Origin: Isurus oxyrinchus
Taxonomy: Eukaryota
Direction of reading: 5' to 3'
Assembly: GCA_026770705.1 (NCBI GenBank)
Contig: JANJGN010000002.1
Span: 26,102,001-26,166,000, forward strand
DNA: 64,000 bases
The notes below the pieces were generated by a model. That model made no database searches, had not been told where the DNA came from, and saw only the letters and a list, made by a program, of their open reading frames with translations. The first letter of the stretch is position 1. The number at the start of each line of letters is the position of its first letter. A program made the position numbers and the translations under genes. Positions 50,548 to 60,967 of this stretch are shown in pieces.

Positions 50548-50959
50548 AGTGAGGATCAAGGCCGGGGAGGGACCGAGGCCAGAGTGGGAGAGGCCAGAGT
50601 GGGCGAGACCGCCAGAGGGAGCAGAAGCACGTATCAATTGCAATAAACCGCATTTAGTACCTAAAGTATTTTTAAACCTGAAGATTTGCGTTTTTTTCAA
50701 TTAAAATGTTGAAAACATCCATTTTTCTTATTCCAGAAGTCTGAATGTTGTTTGCATGTTGCAATCCGAACTTTGCTGCGTTGCTCAATTACAATATTGA
50801 CATAACTTCAAAATAAAGTTCACAAAGTTCAATACTGCTAACGTCAATGAAACTAGGGTTATTTGGACAGGAGGCTTGCCGAAAAGGTTACCATTCTCCA
50901 TGCAAACCTTCTCCCTTTTTTGTGCAATGGCAGGTGTATTATTTCTCCTCATATTGCTG

Positions 50960-52830
50960 TACTTACATTTACAAGTTATAAATCTCAAGCTTAGCAAAAT
51001 AAAGGATAAATGTTTGACCAATATTGGGGAAATGCATAATGTTCACGGTATACGGGGTAAATATTGGCATGGAAGATTGGCAGGCTAACAGGAAGCAGAG
51101 ACTAGACATAAATGAGTCTTTCAGGTTGGGAAGATGTAACAAGTGGTGTGGCACAGGGATCAGTGGTGTGGTCTCAACTTTCAAAAATGACTTGGATGAA
51201 GGGATGGATGGGATGGTTGCCAAATTTTCTGATGACACAAAGATAGGAAGGAAGGTAAGTTGTGAAGAGGACATAAGCAGGCTACAAAAAGATATAGATA
51301 GGTTAAATGAGTCGACAAAGATCAGGCAAATTGAGTATAACGTGGGAAAATGTGAAAATGTCCATTTTAGCAGGAAATAAAAGAAAGTATCTAAGTGGGG
51401 AGAGATTGCAGAGCTCTGAGGTGCAGAGGGATCTGGGTGTTCTAGCACATGAATCACAAAATGATGTATGCAAGTACAGCAAGTAATTAGGAAAGCTAAT
51501 AGAATTATTATTTATTACAAGGGGAATTGAATACAAAATTAGGGAGGTTATGCTTCAGTTGCACAGGGCACTAGTGAAACCACCTTTGGAGTACTGTGTA
51601 CAGTATGGGTCACCTTATTTAAGGAAGGATGTAAGTGAGTTGGAAGCAGTTCCGAGAAGGTTTACCAGACTATTGCCTGGAACAGGTGGGTTATCTTATG
51701 AGGAAAGGTTGGACAGACTAGGCTTGTATCTGTTGGAGTTTAGAAGAATAAGAGGTAACTTGATTGAAACATATAGGGCAGAATTTTTGGATTAGGGAGT
51801 GGGCACAATCGGCGGGCCTGGGGATCGGCCAGGGAACAGACCGCCTGACTGTGATTTCACACTGGTTGGCCAATTAATGGCCAGCCAGCGTGAAACGTGC
51901 ACTGAGAAGCTCAGCATTGCCGGGGTGGGAGTGGGGCTGGGAAGAGGGCAGGCGCTGATGTCAACGTGGGCACGGGCCAGCGCTGAGAGAAAGCTCCCTG
52001 AAGGCAGAGAGGTGTCTCAGGGAGCTGCAGACCCGAAAATCCTCAAATAAAGTTTTGAAAAGCAGGAAAGAAATGTCTAAGCATCCCAGTCAGGCACCTG
52101 AAAATATACATGATAAAATACTGTCCACTGATTTTTTATTTTCATTGTATTTCATCACAGAAATCTCATCCCGCCCTTAGATGAGGTTTCATTAAAAATG
52201 CAAAGGCCATCTAGCCAATTCACCAATCTGTCAACTATAAGGTTAGTTGGGCAACGTAAAATTAAAGACAATTGCGCCATTAATGACCTTATTTGGTCTC
52301 TTAATTGTTGGTGGACACGCTTCCGACTTTTGCGTGTGCCCAGCAACCAAAATATAGCGTGAGCACGGTATGAAGTCAGGACACTCGCCCGATGTCATCT
52401 CATGTGATTTCACATCAGATCAGGTTGGACGTGCGCCCGCCCGATCAGTGTAAAATTCTGCCCTTAAGATCCTGAGGGCTCTTGACAGGGTGGATGGGGA
52501 GAGGATGTTTCTTCTTTTGGAAGAATCTAGGACTAGGGGTCACTGTCTAAAAATAAAGGTCGCTCATTTAAAACAGAGATGAGGCAAATTTTTTTCACTC
52601 AGAATGTCATGAGTCTTTGGAACTCTCTTCCTGAAAAGGTGGTGGAAGCAGAGCCTTTGAATATTTTTAAGGCTGAAGTGGATAGATTCTAGGTAAGCAA
52701 GGGGCTGATAGCTTATTGGGGTTAGGTTGGATGAAGTTTTCATGTTACAATCTGATCAGCTATGATCTCATTAAATGGCAGAGTAGGCTTGAGGGCCTGA
52801 ATGGCCTACTCCTGCTCCTTGTTTGTACAT
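50960..52830 (+). mobile_element. 5'-truncated CR1 LINE interrupted by a MITE
   Basis: KFSDDTKIG...LQKDIDRL; LVKPPLEYCVQ. CR1 3' tail at ~52770-52830. Confidence 0.88.
51776..52463 (+). mobile_element. Harbinger-type MITE, copy 4
   Basis: TIRs GGGCAGAATTTT / AAAATTCTGCCC with flanks ATA/TTA. CR1 sequence (GAAACAT|AAGATCCTGAGG) is continuous across it. Confidence 0.85.
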
Positions 52831-53134
52831 TCATTACTCAGTAAAGAAATGTTTTCTCCAAGGTGAAATTCAGCTCCACCTGCTTCTGGTGGAACATTAT
52901 AGTTTTGACCATATTGCTTCCCTTCCCTATAGGTACAATGACAAAATCTCAAAAAGTCTTCCTTCTCAAAATGATGAATATTGTTGATCATGCCTATTCT
53001 GGGTGAAAATATTTTACATTTAAATTTACCTTTGTGTGATTCATGAAAATGATAACCCCCATTTTAAATTTGAAACTGTGGTTTGCACTCAAGCATTTCA
53101 GGTTTTGAGGTAGATATAAAATGAACTCCAGATA

Positions 53135-53730
53135 TTAAAACAAAGAATACTGGAAACACTTGGCAGGTAAGGCAGCATCTGTGGAGAGAGAAACAGAGTT
53201 AATATTTCAGATCATTGGCCTTTTATCAGAACTAGAAAATGCTAGAGATGTAAAAGGTTTTAATTAAATACAGAGGTGGGAGAGGGAGAAGATCAAAAGG
53301 GAAGGTCTGTGATACTGTGGAAAGCAGGAGAGATTAAATGATGAAAGAGGTGACAGTGCAAGGTGAAAAGGGATGGTAACAAGTAAATAAACAAAATATG
53401 GGTTTAGAGGAGGTGTAAATAGAAGAGCAGAATCACTACCAACAGTTTCTGTCCAAAGGGAAATGGGGACAGAGTTTGTGATCTGAAATAGTTGAATTCA
53501 TTGTTGTATCCAGAAGGTTGTAAAGTGCCTAATCAAAATATGAGGTGCTGTACCCAGAGTTTACACTGAGTTTCATTGGAACAGTGCAGGAGGCCAAGGG
53601 CAGGGAGGTCAGAGTGGGAGTGCAGCAGAGAATTAAAATGACAGGCTTACCTGTGTTCGGGTGACACTTGCGGACTGAAGGGAGGTGTTCTGCAAAGTCG
53701 TCACCTAAGTTACATTTAGTCTCCCCAGGT
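53135..53730 (-). mobile_element. Old PLE, minus arm (3' terminus and GIY-YIG remnant)
   Basis: PLE tail GGCAGCATCTGTGGAGAGAGAAACAGAGTTAA with a decayed hammerhead. ORF remnant GETKCNLGDDFAEHLPSV. Confidence 0.8.
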
Positions 53731-55019
53731 CCACCAGTATCCAGGTCCAATAGCCAACAATATATTAGCTAGACAAGGAATCAATGAATTATTTGCAAAA
53801 TTTGATGCAGTTTTAAAATCATTTGATGCTTATTTTAATCTCAGAAGTAACAAAATCCTTGAAAGGACTAAATTTAATAAACAGGTCCAGCAGCCAGGAG
53901 AACCTGTCGGTTCCTTCACTAATTAACCATACAGAATGGCTGAAGACTGTGATTATGATGACCTGAAATCTGTGCTAATTAGGGATAGAATAGTTGTAGG
54001 AGAGGCAGCTGACAGACATGCTTCAAATGAAGGAAGATCTAGCCTTTGAGAAAGCCATCCAGATTGTCAGGCAATCTGAAATCCATTTGCAGTACAAATC
54101 CATATTAAGGGGAGGAACAAACCACGGTACAAAGTAAACACCACTGTTCAGTTAGTGAAACAGCACTGAAACAGGGACACTCCATGCCAAGGGGTGCAAT
54201 GTGGAGAAAAGTGTCCCCATCAATGTCCAGCAATTTCAGTCCAATGCTTTCAACTTAACCTCATAGGACACTTCGGGAAGCTGTGCAAAACCAAAATGCA
54301 CAACCCTCCAAAAAGGATTCACGAGGTTGAGACAGCACACCAAGAGGACACATAACAATGCTTCTTGGGTGAGGTCAAAGATACTGGATTTTCATTCTGG
54401 AATGCAAACATCTCAGCTGATGGCCACTCACAAACTTTAAGTTGGATATGGGAGCCAGTGTTATGTCCTATCAGGCAAAAAGAAACTGTAGCTGAGGGAC
54501 CTCTGGTTATGAACAACAGACACACCACTCTACGGGCCAGGAGGAATCTGACTTCCGGTCACAGGCATGACTCTGGAACCACTAAGGTATGGAGGCAAAC
54601 AAATTGAGCTGGTGTACGTCATCCGTAATCAGTCATTTTCTCTCTTGAGCAGATATGCCTGTGTATCCCTGAATCTTCTCAAAATGACAGAAGATGTCAA
54701 GACAACTGCTGTTGTAAATTATATGGAACTGCAAGTTCCCGAGAGCTCCAACAAGAAAGATTCTCTTGAATTGTCTTCTCTTTTTGCAGAACTCGTTAGT
54801 CATTACAGGTGGCAAAAGCCTCTCCTTGGTCAGACCAGCCAACAACTCATATGGTTACCACAGCACCTTGAGTAGATGACAGTCAAGAGACGAACCAGCA
54901 ATGAGAAGAGCCTCAACCTCCAGTTCCAATGCCAGTTGGAGAGATAAACCCTGAGACCACAGGGCAGACACTACAATCCCCAGCCAGCACGCTGGAACCA
55001 ATTAGCAGCCATCCATTGA

Positions 55020-56455
55020 CGACAGGTTCTGAATAAGTCCCAAAGGATTGGAAAACTGCCAATGTAACACCATTATTCAAAAAGGAGGGGAGACAAAAAA
55101 CAGTTAACATCCGTCATTGGGAAAATGTTAGAGTCAATTATAAAGGATGTAATTGCAGAGCATTTAAAAATGCATGATATAATCAAGCAGAGTCAGCATG
55201 GCTTCATGAAAGGGAAACCATGCTTGACAAATTTATTAGAATTCTTCCAGGAAGTAACAAGCAGCATAGATAAAGGGGAACCAGTAGATGTAATGTATTT
55301 GGATTTCCAAAAGGCATTCGATATACACATAAGGCTATTTAATAAGATAAGAGCCCATGGTGTTGGAGGTAGTATATTAGCATGGATAGAGGATTGGATA
55401 ACTAATAGAAGACAGAGAGTGGGATAAGGTGGGATAATTGCATTTTCAGGATGGCAACCAGGGATGCCACAGGGATCAGTGCTAGGGCCACAATTATTTA
55501 TAATATATATTAATGACTTAGATAAGGGACGTGAATGTACTATTGCCAAGTTTGTGGATGACACAAAAATAGGTGGGAAGGCAAGTGGTGAGATGACACA
55601 AAGAGTCTACAGAGGGATATAGACGGATTAAGTGAGTGGGCAAAAACTTGGCAGATGGTATATAATGTGGGAAAATGAGGTTATGCACTTTGGCAGAAAG
55701 AATAGAGGACCTGAATATTACTTAAAGGGAGAAAGACTGAAGAAAGCTGCAGCACAGAGGGATTTGGGGGTCCTGGTGCGTGAATCACAAAAAGCTAGCT
55801 TACAAGCTTAGCAGGTTATAGACAAGGCAAATGGAATGGAATGTAAAACTAGGGAAGTCTTGCTAAAACTATATAAGGCACTAGTTAGACCACACCTAGA
55901 ACACTGTGAACAGCTTTGGTCCTCTTATCTAAGTAAAGATATGCTGGCATTGGAGGCAGTTCAGAGAAGGTTCAGTAGATTGATCCCGGGTATGGAGGGA
56001 TTTTCTTATGAGAGAGGTTGAGTAGGTTGGGCCTGTACTCATTGGAGTTTAGAAGAATGAGAGGCAACCTTATTGAAACATGTAAGATTCTTACGGGGCT
56101 TGACAGGTTAGATGCTGAGAGTTATTTCCCCTTATGGGAGAGTCTAGAACCAGAGGGCATAATCTCAGAGTAACAGGTCGCCCATTTAAGACAGAGATGA
56201 AGAAGAATTTCTTCTCCCAGAAGGTGGTGAATCTATGGAACCCTCTACCGCAGAGGGCTGTAGCGACTGTGTCGTTAAGTATATTCAAGGCTGAGATAGA
56301 CAGATTTTTAATCAGTAAGGGAATCAAGGGCTATGAGGAAAAGGCAGGAAAGTGAAGTTGAGGATTATTAGATCAGCCATGATCTCATTGAAACAGACTC
56401 AATGGGCCGAATGGCCTACTTCTGCACCTATGTCTTATGGTCTTATGGTCTTTAT
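55020..56455 (+). mobile_element. 5'-truncated CR1 LINE nested in the Gypsy remnant
   Basis: SQHGFMKGKPCLTNLLEFF...YLDFQKAFD; PQGSVLGP; RGHNLRV. Tail (TCTTATGG)n. Confidence 0.92.
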
Positions 56456-56956
56456 GGACAGCACACCACACAGCCAAAAGCAAAGGTGAGCTTACAACCA
56501 AGTCACAACCTCACAACAGGAAGAGCCATCTTCCATCCCAGCATGCATCATGACGAGCCACACAAAGGAAGAAGAGAAAAAGACACTATAGAGATGAGCC
56601 CAGAGTTCATCCATCCTGTAAAGAGTGGGATAAACCAATCACCATCAATCACTACAACTGGGGAATTGACAAAGAGCAATTCAGTGCCAAAGAATGGAAA
56701 AGGGGTATGAAGGCACCCAGATGCCAGAACAAGCTTCAATTCAACAAAGTTTACCTGCAATGACAGAGCCTGATGTGATCCCACAGATGGGAGAGCAAGA
56801 TATGGAATGGTTATAAGGCCACCAGACTGCCTGAACCTATGAACTCAGAGACTTGAGGGAGGGGGGAGATGGGGTAGTAATAATGATGCAATTCATGGGG
56901 GTAAAATGTAAAAACTGCAAACTTGTAAATACATTGCCATCCACACAGTGATGTAA

Positions 56957-57099
56957 CTCTTTTGAGTACAAACATGTTTCTATCTGTTCCTATTCAGATG
57001 AAATTACATTGTTTCATAATTTGCTATGGTGAGATTTGAACTCTTCATCTTGGGGTTACAAGCCCACTACCATAACCACTTGGCTATCATACCAGAACA
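56957..57099 (-). mobile_element. 143-bp tRNA-Thr-like SINE inserted in the LTR
   Basis: 16-bp TSD CCACACAGTGATGTAA (56941-56956, 57100-57115). A box TAGCCAAGTGG, B box GTTCAAATC, anticodon-like loop CTTGTAA. Confidence 0.85.
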
Positions 57100-57319
57100 C
57101 CACACAGTGATGTAAGAGAACATTTGACCCACACCTAGGGGTCAGTGTAGTGTTGGACAGAGCCATATGTAGAAGCAAGCATGGAGATAACTCCTAGCTT
57201 AGACCTTTACCGTACCTATGTATATGGTTTCTAGTAATTATGAATACTTACTGTTGAACTACTGAAGACAATGAGTACCTTAATAAGACCTACTAAACTA
57301 TGCCCAACACTTTACAACA

Positions 57320-57525
57320 GGTTTATCTTTTGTATCTTTATTTTTACCTCCTTTTGCCTCCACATCATCCCTTTTGCCATTCAACTTCCCCTGTCTGAAG
57401 TCAGGGACCCGAAAGATTAACTCTATTTCTTCCTCTACCGATGCTGCCTGACCTGCTGAGTACTTCCAGCACTTTCTGCTTTTATTTCAGATTACCAGCA
57501 CCCGCAATAGTTTGCTTTTGTTTGT
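57320..57525 (+). mobile_element. Old PLE terminus, plus arm (likely partner of 53135-53730)
   Basis: Decayed hammerhead CTGAAG...GACCCGAAAGATTAACTC followed by GATGCTGCCTGACCTGCTGAGTACTTCCAGCA. Confidence 0.7.
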
Positions 57526-57852
57526 ACCAGGAAACCCAACGACAACATTTGCGGGCCGGTAATTGGGCCAGTAAAGATGCAGCCAGCAGACTCTCCCGTT
57601 GTAAAGATCAGACAGATCCTGATTCTGTGCCTGGGCAAAGTCTCTTTCATGAAAAACGCCGAGCGTGATTTAGTGTCTTTCAAAAAAAAACATACTTTTA
57701 AGCCAATGACGTTCGGAGTTTGAGAATAGGCATTTTCCCACCCGATTATAGGAATTGACTTGAGTTACAAAGCGCAGTCGCAGTGGGAGACAGATTCAGA
57801 GTAATCTATGCCATTTACTCGAGGAAGATAATATCATTTCTGAGTTTGCGAG

Positions 57853-57927
57853 ATGTCATCATGCTCCAGTCCGAGAACCTCTAATGGGGAGGAAACAAAG
57901 AAAGTGGCGATTATTGGCGGTGGCTTG
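57853..57927 (+). CDS. kmo: Kynurenine 3-monooxygenase coding exon 1 (MSSCSSPRTSNGEETKKVAIIGGGL)
   Basis: FAD-binding start KKVAIIGGGL|gt matches human KMO exon 1 (RKKVAVIGGGL|). Donor GTATGG at 57928. FH and KMO are head-to-head neighbours in human. The remaining exons are not in this window. Confidence 0.88.
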
Positions 57928-58291
57928 GTATGGTTCGTTTCTTCTTCAGAGAATCAAGCATTTATTTGCAGTCAGTTAATGTTTTCTTGCAGGTTGTGGC
58001 CGCACATGAGGGCTGAGGGACAACTTTAATTACTTCATATCGAGCCAGCAAACCGCTGACTTGAGATCACATCGAACCCAATAGAAGCCGATCTTTAGAG
58101 CCGATCAACCCTTCTAAAATTCAAGTTTATAATTTGTAAAAAAAAGTGTATAAATGCTGTAGTCGCAAAGAGTTTTAAAATAACAGTAGAGTGGATAGTC
58201 ATTTCAAATTTGTGACTAAACTGCTTATTTTCCCTGTTTTTTTTAAAGAAGCTAGAAAGATTTTCCCCAATGAGTTCCCTAATCAGGATTT

Positions 58292-58374
58292 TACAAGAAG
58301 CAGGATTTGAACTTACATGCTCATCCACCCACTGGATCTAGAGTCCAATGCCTCACCCATTTAGCCATGTCATT
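58292..58374 (-). pseudogene. Degenerate tRNA-Leu-like sequence (pseudogene or SINE head)
   Basis: TGGCTAAATGGGTGAGGCATTGGACTCTAGATCCAGTGG...GTTCAAATCC resembles tRNA-Leu(UAA) with a long variable arm. The acceptor stem is largely unpaired. Confidence 0.5.
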
Positions 58375-58982
58375 GTTTTGTTTTTAATTTTGATGTGACT
58401 GTTCAATCCTATAGTGACTATCCTGAGTAAATAAGTGACTTGATGTTTTCCTTAAATAGCTGGTCCAAGGAGACACATAATGCTGCCTCAGTTCTGCTGA
58501 TCAGTTATGCTGATTCCCCAAGCAATGGACCTGTCATTTCCTCACAGAATCAGAATCACAGTGCAGAAGAGGCCCTTCGGCCTATCGAGTCTGCACCGAC
58601 ACCTGAGAAACACCTGACCTACCTACCTAATCCCGTTTACCAGCACTTGACGCGTAGCCTTGAATGTTATGATGTGCCAAGTGCTCATCCAGGTACTTTT
58701 TAAAGGATGTGAGGCAACCTGCCTCCACCACCCTCCCAAGCAGCACATTCCAGACCATCACCACCCTCTGGGTAAAAGATTTTTTCCTCACATCCCCCCT
58801 AAACCTCCTGCCCCTCACCTTGAACTTATGCCCCCTTGTGATGGACCCTTCAACTAAGGGGAACAGCTGCTCCCTATCCAATAATAAAAACAAAGAAAAC
58901 TGTGGATGCTGGAAATCCAAAACAAAAACAGAATTACCTGGAAAAACTCAGCAGGTCTGGCAGCATCGGCGGAGAAGAAAAG

Positions 58983-59021
58983 AGTTGACGTTTCGAGTCC
59001 TCATGACCCTTCGACAGAACT
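58983..59021 (-). ncRNA. Minimal hammerhead motif (CUGUCGA core)
   Basis: Identical to the motif at 21740-21778. Confidence 0.7.
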
Positions 59022-60928
59022 TGATTTCGAGTCCAAGAAAGAGTTGAAATATAAGCTGGTTTAAGGTGTGTGTGTGTGGGGGGGTGGAGAGATAGAGAGA
59101 GAGGTGGTTGTGTAGACAAACAAGCAGTGATAGAAGCAGATCATCAAAAGATGTCAGCGACAATGGTACAAAAGAACACATAGGTGTTAAAGTTAAAGTT
59201 GGTGATATTATCTAAACGAATGTGCTAGTTAAGAATGGATGGTAGGGCACTCAAGGTACAGCTCTAGTGGGGGTGGGGGGAGCATAAAAGATTTTAAAAT
59301 ATTTAAAAATAATGGAAATAGGTGGGAAAAGAAAAATCTATAAAATTTATAGGGGAAAAAAAGGAAAAAGGGGGGAAAAACAGAAAGGGGGTGGGGATGG
59401 GGGAGGGAGCTCACGACCTAAAGTTGTTGAATTCAATATTCAGACCGGAAGGCTGTAAGGTGCCTAGTCGGAAGATGAGGTGTTGTTCCTCCAGTTTGCG
59501 TTGGGCTTCACTGGAACAATGCAGTAAGCCAAGGACAGACATGTGGGCAAGAGAGCAGGGTGGAGTGTTAAAATGGCAAGCGACAGGGAGGTTTGGGTCA
59601 TTCTTGCGGACAGACCGCAGGTGTTCTGCAAAGCGGTCGCCCAGTTTACGTTTGGTCTCTCCAATGTAGAGGAGACCACATTGGGAGCAACGAATGCAGT
59701 AGACTAAGTTGGGGGAAATGCAAGTGAAATGCTGCTTCACTTGAAAGGAGTGTTTGGGCCCTTGGATGGTGAGGAGAGAGGAAGTGAAGGGGCAGGTGTT
59801 ACATCTTTTGCGTGGGCATTGGGTGGTGCCATAGGAGGGGGTTGAGGAGTAGGGGGTGATGGAGGAGTGGACCAGGGTGTCCCGGAGGGAGCGATCCCTA
59901 CGGAATGCCGATAAGGGGGGTGAAGGGGAGATGTGTTTGGTGGTGGCATCATGCTGGAGTTGGCGGAAATGACGGAGGATGATCCTTTGAATGCGGAGGC
60001 TGGTGGGGTGATAAGTGAGGACAAGGGGGACCCTATCATGTTTCTGGGAGGGAGGAGAAGGCGTGAGGGCTGATGCACGGGAGATGGGCCGGACACGGTT
60101 GAGGGCCCTGTCAACGACCGTCGGTGGAAAACCTCGGTTAAGGAAGAAGGAGGACATGTCAGAGGAACCGTTTTTGAAGGTAGCATCATCGGAACAGATG
60201 CGACGAAGGCGAAGGAACATTTCACTTGCATTTCCCCCAACTTAGTCTACTGCATTCGTTGCTCCCAATGTGGTCTCCTCTACATTGGAGAGACCAAACG
60301 TAAACTGGGCGACCGCTTTGCGGAACACCTGCGGTCTGTCCGCAAGAATGACCCAAACCTCCCTGTCGCTTGCCATTTTAACACTCCACCCTGCTCTCTT
60401 TCCCACATGTCTGTCCTTGGCTTACTGCATTGTTCCAGTGAAGCCCAACGCAAACTGGAGGAACAACACCTCATCTTCTGACTAGGCACCTTACAGCCTT
60501 CCGGTCTGAATATTGAATTCAACAACTTTAGGTCGTGAGCTCCCTCCCCCATCCCCACCCCCTTTCTGTTTTTCCCCCCTTTTTCCTTTTTTTCCCCTAT
60601 AAATTTTATAGATTTTTCTTTTCCCACCTATTTCCATTATTTTTAAATATTTTACAATCTTTTATGCTCCCCCCATCCCCACTAGAGCTGTGCCTTGAGT
60701 GCCCTACCATCCATTCTTAATTAGCACATTCGTTTAGATAATATCACCAACTTTAACTTTAACACCTATGTGTTCTTTTGTACCATTGTCGCTGACATCT
60801 TTTGATGATCTGCTTCTATCACTGCTTGTTTGTCTACACAACCACCTCTCTCTCTCTCTATCTCTCCGCCCCCCCCACACACACACCTTAAACCAGCTTA
60901 TATTTCAACTTTCTTGGACTCGAAATCA

Positions 60929-60967
60929 AGTTCTGTCGAAGGGTCATGAGGACTCGAAACGTCAACT
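60929..60967 (+). ncRNA. Minimal hammerhead motif (CUGUCGA core), sense to kmo pre-mRNA
   Basis: AGTT-CTGTCGA-A-GGGTC-ATGAG-GACTC-GAA-ACGT-C-AACT. Predicted cleavage after 60963. Confidence 0.7.

Larger units (their letters stand above)
49700..50650 (-). promoter_or_regulatory. fh: CpG-enriched fh promoter / first-exon region
   Basis: Visible CpG and GC enrichment in non-repeat sequence around exon 1. The TSS cannot be determined from sequence. Confidence 0.55.
53740..57319 (+). mobile_element. Internally deleted Ty3/Gypsy LTR retrotransposon remnant (gag-protease, 3' end, PPT, 3' LTR)
   Basis: gag-like KFNKQVQQPGEPV...AEDCDY...IRDRIVVG, zinc-knuckle remnant CFQLNLIGHFGKLC, protease-like remnant near 54435-54460, end motif RYGMVIRPPDCLNL. 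Polypurine tract GAGGGAGGGGGGAGA at 56855-56869, then TG...CA at 56870-57319. The 5' LTR was not seen. Confidence 0.75.

Noticed and set aside
50548-50700. N-terminal extension of FH suggested by the 124-aa ORF
   Set aside because: It begins at TTG with no in-frame ATG upstream of 50547, and the presequence character starts at MFRF.
56957-57099. Functional tRNA-Thr gene
   Set aside because: The acceptor stem is mismatched, a non-tRNA body is attached and a 16-bp TSD flanks it, all indicating a retroposed SINE.
57993-58016. Possible kmo exon 2 after the acceptor-like TTTTCTTGCAG
   Set aside because: It translates VVAAHEG* with an immediate stop and does not resemble the expected VG.L.ACFLAKR continuation.
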